64,000 nucleotides of DNA from the human T2T-CHM13v2.0 reference genome, Homo sapiens: the NCBI RefSeq assembly GCF_009914755.1, contig NC_060941.1; one strand, 5' to 3'. The notes below the pieces were generated by a model. That model made no database searches. It had not been told where the DNA came from and saw nothing but the letters and a program-made list of their open reading frames with translations. Below are positions 46,156 through 64,000 of this stretch, in pieces. The stretch's first letter is position 1. The number at the start of each line of letters is the position of its first letter. Both the position numbers and the translations under genes were made by a program.

Positions 46156-49100
46156 TTGTTTCTGTTTTTTACATAAAAGTCATTATATTTTATGTCTTGT
46201 GTTGTGGCTTGCTGTTTTCATTAGACAATATATCTTAGAGATCTGTCCATGATTTTACAGAAAGATCTAGCTCATTTGATTTAACTGCCATGGAGTATTC
46301 CATAGTATAAATATATTACAGTTTATTTAGCCATTGCCTTGCTGATACAGATCTATCTAGAATTTTTAAAATAATTTATTGCTTCCCATTGAATGATTAC
46401 AGCATCTTGCATAGCTGGGCAAAGGACTCATAAGAAACCTACTAGCAAAACCTGGTTTGACAGGTTCATCCAACTGTATAGATGAGTGTTATTCACCAGA
46501 ATAAACTGAAGTGTTACATTGCAGATCAGAAATTAATGAGCATCACCAAAAACGGAATTTCTTTCGTTCTTTCTTAGAAAAGGAAACATCCAACAAGATC
46601 AGTATGGTCAGAGGCCAAGTGCGATCCTAAGCCCAAATGGAGAGTGGGCCAGGCAGACCCAGCCGCCTGAGAAGGGGCATGGCAGCTTTACTGAGTACAT
46701 GATACACAATGTAATAATTACAGTGGTCCCCAAGTTACATGCAACCACCCTGATCATATGACTTGGTTTTGGTAATCCTCTCATGTTAACCAAAAAAATT
46801 TTAAATAGGTCTTTTTTTATATCATAGGGTTAAAAAAAAAACTGCTTCCTACTTCCCTAAATTTCTTAAGAAATTTAAGATCGCAGTAATGTTGCTAGAT
46901 TTGCCCTTGAAGCAGTGTTTTGGGTGTTTCTCATATAGTCAGCATGTGGGTGACATTTAGACCCAAGCTTGGCTTACAAGCATGATTCATGAGAACACAT
47001 CAGATGGTGACAGCAGAGAATTTCCCTTGGTACTTAGAGGGGAGCAGCTTCAAGGAGGCATACTGCTCTGACTGCTGGAGGAAGTTGCACCGCAGAGCTT
47101 CTGTTGGTTAAAAACAGTCTTTTCCAGAAACCCTGAACCCCCAGCCCTCAATGACAGATAGTTTGGTCCTTCAAGAGAAACCTATGGGGCATTTTGGAGG
47201 CATTCAAATATGGGTGGAAAATTCAAGCCAGGATGACCTCTAACCAAAACCCTGCCATTATTTTACTCATTGCATTAAAAGCACATGTGCAGTGATGTCA
47301 GTTCAAATATGAACATCCCCATCAAAAAACATCATTGGTTGCCTGCCTCCTGGTGTGAAGGGAGCGTTAACTCCTCTAGAGATTTCACACTGCACATAGC
47401 TAGATTAGTCTCCAGCCTCAACTACTGCCTTTGCAGACTTACCTAGAATATGACTTCCAGGTGGCTGTAGACACAAGAATGCATCTAGGAAATGTGATGC
47501 CCGGTCAGCATCCGAATTCTGCACAGTGTAGATCCATGTGTTTATTTTAACATATTGCAAATGATAGCGGTAATGATGATGGTGATAAAGAGAAACTTTG
47601 GAAAATCTTGGTAGAAATGTTGAGAAATGTTTCCAAGGAAGACTAATTAAGTTGCTACATTATAAAACTAAGAAATGAGAAACAGGCCAGCGGATGCTTT
47701 CAATAGAATTTGAATTTTTCACTTGTCATTTTTTTCCTAAGAGGTTTAGATTTAGATTTGTAGGTTAGACTTTATTCATGCCTATGAAAAGTGATTAGCT
47801 CAAAGCCTTCATTTTTTTCTCCCAACCACATATATGACAGAAGTGTCTGAGCTGTATTTTTCCCTCTTTCATTATAATATAATGTCAGGCTTGTGACATA
47901 TGACAGCAGGTTTCACACTCCACTTAATGACAGGCTGCCAGTTCCTGGAGAACTAAAAAGGAAGACTAATATGTATTTGACTAAAAAGGAAAATGTTATT
48001 AACTTGGTAATAGTGAAGACTTGGTGTGCACCAGATATTTCTTTGTGGCCCTAAGTCTAGCCAGACTTGCTGTAACTTATCTGTGGGATGACTTTATCTA
48101 CAGCCCTTTGGTGCACAGTGATAAAAGTGTGCTTTGTTAAGGATTTAGTAGTTGCTTTCATACACATTTAATGAAGGTCTACCATGTAGGAGATAAAATG
48201 ATTTCAGAGGATACAAAGACAGACTTCTGCATTCAGGTAGTTTTGCAGTTCAAGAGGAACCTATTAATGTCACTTTCCTCTTTTTACCTTGGTTTCCAGG
48301 AAGCTCAGAGATAAAGTTAATACTTAATCCTCAGTTCGGCAGCATCCTTTAGGACCTCTCTTTCCTCCCTGTTAGACTGTCATGTCAGTCCTCTGTGTGT
48401 GGGAGGTGAGAGATAAATGATGAAAAATTAAAGGGGAGGTAGACAGAATCATAATTATCATAAGTGGCAGAATATGTTAAGTGGCATGCAAAAGACAGAA
48501 ATAAAATGCTCTGGAAGGTCAGATGAAGGAGAGAAATTGTAACTGGTATTGACATCTGGAGAGACTTCCTGGAGGAGGAAGGAGACTTTGATAATGACTT
48601 TTCAGGTGTTTCAGCAGGTGGAGTCCTGGCAGGTGGAGGCAGCAGCCGAAATGAAGACACAGATGAGAGACACCAAGGTGCCTGCCATCTGGGACTCACC
48701 GAAGAGAAAGATCAGATGTCCAGGTTTATAGATGTAGGAAAGGATCCTGAGGCTGCTCTGATCATTTCCATGATGAATTTGATGAATTTGATGAATTTGG
48801 TAGCTATCAGGAGACCTACTCTTGGGCCAGTGGGGGCAGCTTGTGCCCTGGTATTGTGGTGTTCACCTTATCTGTCCATCCAGGTCACAGGCATCACCTG
48901 GAAGCCGCAAGCCTTACCCACCTTTCAATCCCTCATGGCCCAGGCTGGCGCCACATTTTGCCTGAGCTCTCATTCTGCCTGTGCCTTGAGATGATTTTGT
49001 TTTGAAAAACGGGTCAGAAAGGTTTGGAAACAGCAGTGTGTTTCCTTTACTTAGAGAAAAGCGTCCTAATTCTGCTTTTCAGATAAATCTTTAGACTCAT

Positions 49101-51244
49101 CCTCCCACGACTCCTTAACATGAGATCAGCGGGTTATATATTTAATGAAGAAGTAACAGATGTTCCTTTGGTGCTGTTCTACTTGAGTTAATGTATTTCA
49201 CCAGCCAATACTACTGTATTCCCTATTCAGTAAACAGTATATTTAATACATATGTAGTACAGTAAATGCTCTTGCATTGGAATTATGCATGTAAAATCTG
49301 ATGAAACCCTAAACTCTGTAGTTTAGTTAATGGTATTGTAGCATTGTCCTGGGTCTGCAAATGTGCCGTGGTTATGTAAGATGTTATCACTGGGGAAGCT
49401 GGATGAAGGGTATGAAGGAACAGTCTGTACTATTTTTGCAAATTCTTGTGAGTCTTAAATTATTTCAAATTAAATAGCTTTAAAAAAAAAAGAATTAAAG
49501 AGATGATCTAGTCCGGTTGTTTTCAACTTTAATTTTAGCAGTGGTCTCCCTCTTCTGCCTTCTCCTGCCTCCATCCTCAGCATCCTTAGGCACCACCTGA
49601 CGTTTTAAAAATGCTGATCCCACCCAATACATTTAGGCTCCAGATGAGGAAATCAGGGCCCACAGAAGTAAAATGCATCACTATTTAGAGGCTATTGATA
49701 GAAACACAGTGAGCCTGGGGAGTTTTTAGGACGAGTTGCTCTCTGCAGATCTTCATGACTCACAGCTCTGTCGCTAACACTGTGGTTTCTTTTGTCAGAC
49801 TAGGTGAGATTAATTAGACTGGAAAAGAGTTTCCATGCTCCTGCATCCCATTGCTGCAGTGCAAGAAATGGCATCATCCATATAATTGAGACAGTGCAAG
49901 AGGTGGTTTGGGTTAGCAGACAGTTTAACAAAACACCACTCAGGGCATTTGCCAAGAGGACTGGCTTGAAAGTCCAGGCATGGGGTGCAGAAGTCGGGAA
50001 TGCGGGACCTAGGAGGAAGTCCCTTGACTTCTGCCAGCTTGGCCTTCACTCTGACCACCTATGAAGCCTGAGGGTGATTAGCCCAGAGGATAGGGAGTCC
50101 TGTTTCCTCCCCATCCAGGCCCAAGTCACTAAAGTATTTTGGGGAAACCCTGGGCACCTTGAAGTTTGCTCCTAAGGATAATGTAATAATAATTGCTTAT
50201 ATTTGTCTAAGGATTTTCAGGTTGCAAAGTCTTTCTCTTATATTCCCTAAGCTGGGTGTCACCCCTTGCCCATGACACGGGCAGATTGGTTTTATTTCTG
50301 CTTTATAAATAAATGACGTGACTTTTCCAAGGTAAGAGCTTGTGCCGGGACTGGGGTCAGAACACAGGTCTCCACAGTCCTGCTAAGTGCTCTTCTCATA
50401 GGAGACTCTCTTGTTCTAAACAAAGATCCTGGTTATTGTGAAGCACCTGTGCACAATTGCTGATCAACAAACAGCTGGTGCTATTATTATTACTGTCGTT
50501 GTAATTCATAGGCAGGATCTTTGGCCACATGTAATTTTGGGGTGTGACAACTCCAAGACTTGCTGGTTCTCCAGACTTAGGCAGGAGGTGGAAGCGATGG
50601 TTTCCTCTCTTCCTACACCTCCAAACGGTGAGAACCTGAAGGCGCCATATGGCTGTTGCGTGAGTAAGCCTTAGGTTTTCCTGAAAAGTGAGTTGCCTGT
50701 GTGCCACATCAATGGAGATCTATGTGACAACCAACTGGTATGACAACCACCCTGGGGCTGCCTGGCATGCACATACTCCTGAGGGCTCCGTGCGAGCTGC
50801 CATTCTTTATTAATTTAGTGCCATTTGTTGATGCCTCGTTTCTGCAGGGAAAACTGGTTCCTTCATTTCCCCTGGCATATTCTGCGCCCTCCGCACTGTA
50901 GGACGCAACCTTTCCTGTCAACACAGGTATTTTTAATTGGTGCTGGCACCAACCTACTCCCTGAACATTCTTCCTGATGTCCTGGGATCCTGGCAAAAGT
51001 GGTGGGCTTCCCTAATGGTGGAAGTCTAAGGCCATACTTCAGACCGTGGACCCAACTACTGCTTTCTAGAAGAAATAACCTGTCAAGGAAGATGTTGATG
51101 TCTCACACCCTGAGAGAAACATTTAGGAGGTAAACCACTGACCTGCCTCGAGGATATCATTAATCATCTACACATAGAGGTGCTAGGTACTCACCTCGCA
51201 CCAGTGACACACTTACTAAATATTTGTTGAATGACCTCCTAGAG

Positions 51245-51625
51245 CAGTGGTTTTCCAGTCTTTAGTGTGTCCGCCGACACAAGGATCACTGGCAGGATCT
51301 GCTCAAACACAGACTGTGAGGCCCCACCCCCAGAGTTTCTGACTCGGTTGGTCTGGGAAAGGACTAAGTACTATGCCTTTCTAACAAGTTCCAGGTGATG
51401 TGATGCTGTGCGGGAACCATGCTCTGAAAACCCTTGTCCTAAAGCAGGGCTTGGCAAACTTTTCCTAAAAGGACCCAAATAGTAAATATTTTAGATTTTG
51501 TGGCCCACACAGTCTCTGTCATAATTACTCAACTCTGCCATTATAGCCAAAGAAAATATGTAAATAAAGGAGCATGTCTGTTTTCCAATAAAATTTTATT
51601 TACAAAAATAGGTGGTGGACTTGTT
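51245..51625. mobile_element. Adjacent MER5A-like and MER58A-like hAT elements
   Basis: cagtggtttt...cccacccccagagtttctgactc; cagggcttggcaaacttttcctaaaagg. Confidence 0.6.
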
Positions 51626-51631
51626 TCTAAA

Positions 51632-51687
<56 letters not shown>
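51632..51687. repeat. (TA)n(TG)n(TA)n microsatellite
   Basis: Direct reading. Confidence 0.9.
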
Positions 51688-52121
51688 GTTGCAAATATAA
51701 AAATGCGTTGTAAATATATTGAGAGCCAGATCCTCATTCTGGGTAGATCTCCAAAAGCTCTTGTGATGGGAATCCAACGTTGGTCACATCGTAGGTCTGT
51801 GCTCTCTGAAGCAGCACAAATACAAAACTTGGAGTGAAACAGAGATGAGCGTTGTTCCTGTGCAAGGATCACGTGCAAATATGTGAACTGTTTCATATAA
51901 AAAAAAATCTGAGGTCTGATGTTCATCAACCATGTGATTTGGGGAAGGTCATTAACATCTCTGTAAAACGAGGATAATTAGGCAGTAAAAACTAGGGGAA
52001 AATGCTCATTTTTATAAGTTCTGGGTGGTGCAGACACGAGGGGTTTACTATTCTTTATACTTCTCTGTATGATTGAACTATTTCAGAATTCTCAAATCTG
52101 TGTCTTTAAAAAGTAGTCATA

Positions 52122-52434
<313 letters not shown>

Positions 52435-52796
52435 TCAACCAAAAGATGAATTATCTTACAGTCAGAATCACCTTTGGAATTCCCCGAAATCACCAGCACC
52501 AAGGCCCTCAGAAAGTCAGCAGCCAAGAATATTCTGCTTTATGTCACTTTGCATTGGAGAAACCCTGAGAGAAAGGTTAATTCAAGCTTATTATGTCTAC
52601 AGTAGATCTCTGGATCTCCTGCCCTTCCCCAAACCCTGATCTTCTAAAGTCTTGCTTAATTCAGTGGATGGCCACTCTGCCTTTGCAGCTGCTCAGGCCA
52701 CAAAGAGTGATTCAAGAGGAAGAACTTAATAGGAATGAGTCCTGATAGGTACATGTTGAATATGAAATTGTTTTATAGTTCCAATAGAACAGTAGA

Positions 52797-53228
<432 letters not shown>

Positions 53229-53242
53229 TAATAAACAGAGGA

Positions 53243-53672
<430 letters not shown>

Positions 53673-54192
53673 TTATAGTAACCACAGAAGACAGATGCTG
53701 TTAATTTCCCAGCTTATAGATGAGGCAGAAAGGATAAGTAATTCGTCCAAGGCCATGCCTCTGGGTAGTAGCAGAGCTGGAACCTGAACCCAGGCAGTGA
53801 CTCCAGAATCTACGCTCTTTAACCACGATGGTCTTCTGTATATCATTTTTCTTCCCTATCCATAATCTGTGAGTTGAGGGACAAAAGCTTAAAAATCTAA
53901 AGAAAAAAGATGTCTGGTTGCACCTTTGGTGCTCTATGTGGTATGCTAGAGAAGGTAATGAAATTGCAGTGGGCTATGGGGAGGCGTAATTTCAGTGCCT
54001 TTACGATTTTCATCTGACCATGCTGAGTTTCCCTATAAAAAGCATAAAATACTTTGGAGATGGTGCAGAAGCAGGAAAATGTACCTGTCAGTTTGGATGT
54101 AGATCTGGTTTCGCAGTGTATTGTATTTCTGGATACTCTGTCCAAGAGGAGATCTCCTGAATGATCCATTTAGGGTTGTTCCGTTCACTTCA

Positions 54193-55611
<1,419 letters not shown>

Positions 55612-56628
55612 ATGGGGAAAAAACAGAACAGAAAAACTGGAAACTCTAAAACGCAGAGCGCCTCTCCTCCTCCAAAGGAACGCAGTTCCTCACCAGCAAC
55701 AGAACAAAGCTGGATGGAGAATGATTTTGATGAGCTGAGAGAAGAAGGCTTCAGACGATCAAATTACTCTGAGCTACGGGAGGACATTCAAACCAAAGGC
55801 AAAGAAGTTGAAAACTTTGAAAAAAATTTAGAAGAATGTATAACTAGAATAACCAATACAGAGAAGTGCTTAAAGGAGCTGATGGAGCTGAAAACCAAGG
55901 CTCGAGAACTACGTGAAGAATGCAGAAGCCTCAGGAGCCGATGCGATCAACTGGAAGAAAGGGTATCAGCAATGGAAGATGAAATGAATGAAATGAAGCG
56001 AGAAGGGAAGTTTAGAGAAAAAAGAATAAAAAGAAATGAGCAAAGCCTCCAAGAAATATGGGACTATGTGAAAAGACCAAATCTACGTCTGATTGGTGTA
56101 CCTGAAAGTGATGTGGAGAATGGAACCAAGTTGGAAAACACTCTGCAGGATATTATCCAGGAGAACTTCCCCAATCTAGCAAGGCAGGCCAACGTTCAGA
56201 TTCAGGAAATACAGAGAACGCCACAAAGATACTCCTCGAGAAGAGCAACTCCAAGACACATAATTGTCAGATTCACCAAAGTTGAAATGAAGGAAAAAAT
56301 GTTAAGGGCAGCCAGAGAGAAAGGTCGGGTTACCCTCAAAGGAAAGCCCATCAGACTAACAGCGGATCTCTCGGCAGAAACCCTACAAGCCAGAAGAGAG
56401 TGGGGGCCAATATTCAACATTCTTAAAGAAAAGAATTTTCAACCCAGAATTTCATATCCAGCCAAACTAAGCTTCATAAGTGAAGGAGAAATAAAATACT
56501 TTATAGACAAGCAAATGTTGAGAGATTTTGTCACCACCAGGCCTGCCCTAAAAGAGCTCCTGAAGGAAGCGCTAAACATGGAAAGGAACAACCGGTACCA
56601 GCCGCTGCAAAACCATGCCAAAATGTAA
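55612..56628 (+). CDS. ORF1: L1 ORF1p, 338 aa RNA-binding/chaperone trimer (coiled coil, RRM, CTD)
   Basis: Full 338-aa ORF with REKG, ARR and YPAKLS motifs. Confidence 0.98.
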   Translation: MGKKQNRKTGNSKTQSASPPPKERSSSPATEQSWMENDFDELREEGFRRSNYSELREDIQTKGKEVENFEKNLEECITRITNTEKCLKELMELKTKARELREECRSLRSRCDQLEERVSAMEDEMNEMKREGKFREKRIKRNEQSLQEIWDYVKRPNLRLIGVPESDVENGTKLENTLQDIIQENFPNLARQANVQIQEIQRTPQRYSSRRATPRHIIVRFTKVEMKEKMLRAAREKGRVTLKGKPIRLTADLSAETLQARREWGPIFNILKEKNFQPRISYPAKLSFISEGEIKYFIDKQMLRDFVTTRPALKELLKEALNMERNNRYQPLQNHAKM

Positions 56629-56667
56629 AGACCATCGAGACTAGGAAGAAACTGCATCAACTAATGA

Positions 56668-60519
<3,852 letters not shown>

Positions 60520-60562
60520 ACAATGAGATCACATGGACCCAGGAAGGGGAATATCACACTCT

Positions 60563-60597
60563 GGGGACTGTGGTGGGGTCGGGGGAGGGGGGAGGGA
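60563..60597 (+). other. L1 3'UTR polypurine / G-quadruplex tract
   Basis: GGGGACTGTGGTGGGGTCGGGGGAGGGGGGAGGG. Confidence 0.7.
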
Positions 60598-60722
60598 TAG
60601 CATTGGGAGATATACCTAATGCTAGATGACACATTAGTGGGTGCAGTGCACCAGCATGGCACATGTATACATATGTAACTAACCTGCACAATGTGCACAT
60701 GTACCCTAAAACTTAGAGTATA

Positions 60723-60762
<40 letters not shown>

Positions 60763-60764
<2 letters not shown>

Positions 60765-61191
60765 ATTCAAAATACAAGGAAACTTAATATATTCTCAGAA
60801 CTTAGTTGATTGCTCATTTCAATGTTACCAAAGTATTCGCTACTACAACTTTGCCTGACAAATGGTGTCCATGACCTGTGTTATTTTCAGCCCCAGCATG
60901 TGTACCTGTGTAACAAGAATCCTCTCTCCATGCTTGACCAATATTCCTGGTTATAGCCATCTCTCTAGTTTTGTGGACTTTTTCACTGTTCTACAGTCAC
61001 ATGCTGCTGCGTAATTTCATTATGTGTCTCTGTTTTTCTCTGATGCTCTCTCTCCCCCATTGATCCCCACATTCCCAACCCTCCATGTCCTCCTCTCCAA
61101 CCCTCCAGAACCACCTGGCTACTTCTGCCTCTGTCCCTGCCTTCCCTCCCAGTAATCCCAGTGCAATAAAACCAAAGATTAGACCACTGTG

Positions 61192-61221
<30 letters not shown>
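60763..61221 (+). other. L1 3' transduction (429 bp non-L1 sequence + AATAAA + second poly(A))
   Basis: Lies between L1 A38 and A30 (61192-61221); AATAAA at 61165-61170; enclosed by TSD AAAAAACAACAGTAAATATC at 54685-54704 and 61216-61235. Confidence 0.96.
61165..61170 (+). terminator. Polyadenylation signal used by the transducing transcript
   Basis: AATAAA 21 nt before the A30 tail. Confidence 0.88.
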
Positions 61222-61222
<1 letters not shown>

Positions 61223-61389
61223 AACAGTAAATATCTAAAATATTTAGTGGCGAAGTCACCACCACCCATTGTGTGACTCCAGAGAATGATGCACAGTCTG
61301 GTGTTATCGAACCTTGACTTGGGGCTGGGGAGTGGTGGGGCCTGAGCTTGGCTTAATCTAAAAACGTGGTCCTTTCATGACTAAAATGA

Positions 61390-61530
<141 letters not shown>

Positions 61531-62174
61531 TAAGTTTTCTTTTCCAGTTCATAGCGAGGCTCTGTAGCTCATGCTCAGGGTTTGCTGAGCAAGGAAGGCT
61601 CAGTAACTTTTCAACACCAACTCTTCAGTAGAGGGAATTAGTTCAGATATCTACCAGACTGACAAAGTGTAGATTCTTCCACTGTCAAAGTTCCAGGTTA
61701 TTGAACTACTTGATTGCCTCATTATGAACCCCCAAAAAGCACTCGATTTATAAATGAGGTTGGTGGGTGCTGTCACTTTTTTTTTTTTTTTAGTGGCAGA
61801 AGTCTTCAATCACTGTAAAATATAGCCTAGTCAAACCCCAAAGAAGACTTCCACCGCCAGGTCCACATTTGGTTATAGCTTCAAAATAAGCCAAGAAACC
61901 CTACTCATTATCTTCCTGTGTCTCTAATTAGTGGGTGGACTATGGAAAAATCCAGTAGGCTCTTCTTAAAACTGAAACCAAAATGAACATAAAAACCAGA
62001 ATAGCATCTTATTGAAGTTCACTGACCCAGCATGTTTATGGACGGATCAAATGTGTATTAGCCTGGCTCAAAACACTGAGGACCACTGACAAGCAAGACA
62101 CCAGCCCTTTTCTGTTATTTTTTGTTACGTGTGTATCTCCATCAACTACCAGGAGGAAAGAAAAGCAACTATGA

Positions 62175-62487
<313 letters not shown>

Positions 62488-62837
62488 TGCTTTGATCGTT
62501 CTTAAAGTATGAGATTCCTCAGGCTATGTTTGTTTAAATACAAGCTGATACCTTTAGGACATGAAAAGTTAATTGCCGAGCCTGTTTTTCTAATAGATCG
62601 GGAACCACTGTGGAAATATCAGCCTATTGCCATTTGCTAATGACTATTTTCATTTGCTATGATGGCCAGAAGCTGATATTTGTATCTTACATGGAGCAAA
62701 CTGTAGAAAAAGGAACATAAACGAGCATCATAGAGTAGATGGAGTTTCTCAGGACACAGGGATTCTTCACCTTACAGAGTTGTACGGCATCACAACCAAA
62801 TGCAATGTTTGTTTACTTCAAGAAACGCTGGGATTTC

Positions 62838-63124
<287 letters not shown>

Positions 63125-64000
63125 AAACCCTAGGATTCCAAAGACATGGTTTTCAGGGGTTCTGCAAGGGCTTACAACTTAAGTGCATATGTAAATATAT
63201 TTTAACTATTTTAAAACTGGGAACAAAATAAATATTTGAATGTGTTACATACTCAACCTTCACTCCTTGGGCAGAACTTGCAATCAGGTTTCTCCTACAG
63301 CATCCTCTTCACTGAAGAGTCAGCTGGGATGGGGAAGCATGCCGTTAGACACGGTTCCTGTTTGTACTCAGTTTTCTGTATGAATGAGGATTTTTGGATG
63401 CTGTACTACTTTAACATAATGCAAAAATAAATGAGATGTGGAGGCTGGTCTGAGACATCAACTGGTTTCAAAGTTGTGTTTGTATCAGAGGGCTTTATTG
63501 GTGATCCTTGAATGTCTTTATAATAAATAAGTGGTATAAATTTGTGTTTGTTAGCTGAGTTTATGCTAATAAAATAACACTCATATGGTTTACATCATTA
63601 GATTCTGCTTTAGACTTTGTTTGCAAAATGGTTTCCTTACTAAAAATTTTTGAAAACCGCTGACCTGGACCAATGCTTTTTTGTTTGGTTTTGTTTTAAA
63701 CTCTTTTTCTTGGGAATCATAAGGCTTCTGTGGCTGCCGCCTGTGCTCCTTTCTGGAGACAGGAGGAGAGCAAGCCGATGAGCACCAGGACTGCAACCCC
63801 TACTGACCTTAACTTCTGCAGAGAAGAAGCCTCTTCCTGTGCCCTTCCACCTGGTGCAATTGCAATCCTAGATAGAGTTCCACTTGGGATGGGGCAGGAC
63901 GTCAGGGGGCAGTTAGCAACAACAACTTGAGTGGGCCAACCTCTCACTTTGTAGAGTTGGAAATGAAATTAGAGCAAATCAGCTTCCCAAGATATACAGC

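Noticed and set aside
60763-61191. Left L1 as parent of the right L1 (local hop)
   Set aside because: The transduced sequence does not match the left element's 3' flank; subfamilies differ; the left copy has a private stop and deletion
63590-63947. Overlapping short ORFs as a possible host exon
   Set aside because: No recognisable protein, and part overlaps MER-like sequence; no host gene can be supported

Overview
Primate (almost certainly human) repeat-rich genomic DNA with no recognisable host exon. Two full-length human-specific LINE-1 elements lie head-to-head about 38.6 kb apart. (1) A minus-strand pre-Ta L1HS (10104-16124, 13-bp TSD) has an intact 1275-aa ORF2 and ORF0, but ORF1 is truncated by W264*, and the 5'UTR carries a 16-bp microhomology deletion. 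(2) A plus-strand Ta-1d L1HS (54705-60762) has both ORFs intact and carries a 429-bp 3' transduction with its own AATAAA and second poly(A). The whole unit is enclosed by a 20-bp TSD in an Alu tail. The rest holds about 25 Alus (one nested pair, one tightly inverted pair), solo LTRs (MER61-like, LTR10-like nested in MER21, THE1, MLT1), MER DNA transposons, old L1/L2 pieces and a tailless 5S rRNA retropseudogene. There is also a CCAAT-rich 14-bp minisatellite and a pre-miRNA-like 28-34-bp hairpin in apparently unique sequence. Nearly all short ORFs in the track are repeat-derived noise. Repeat family names come from recalled consensus sequences and need RepeatMasker confirmation.
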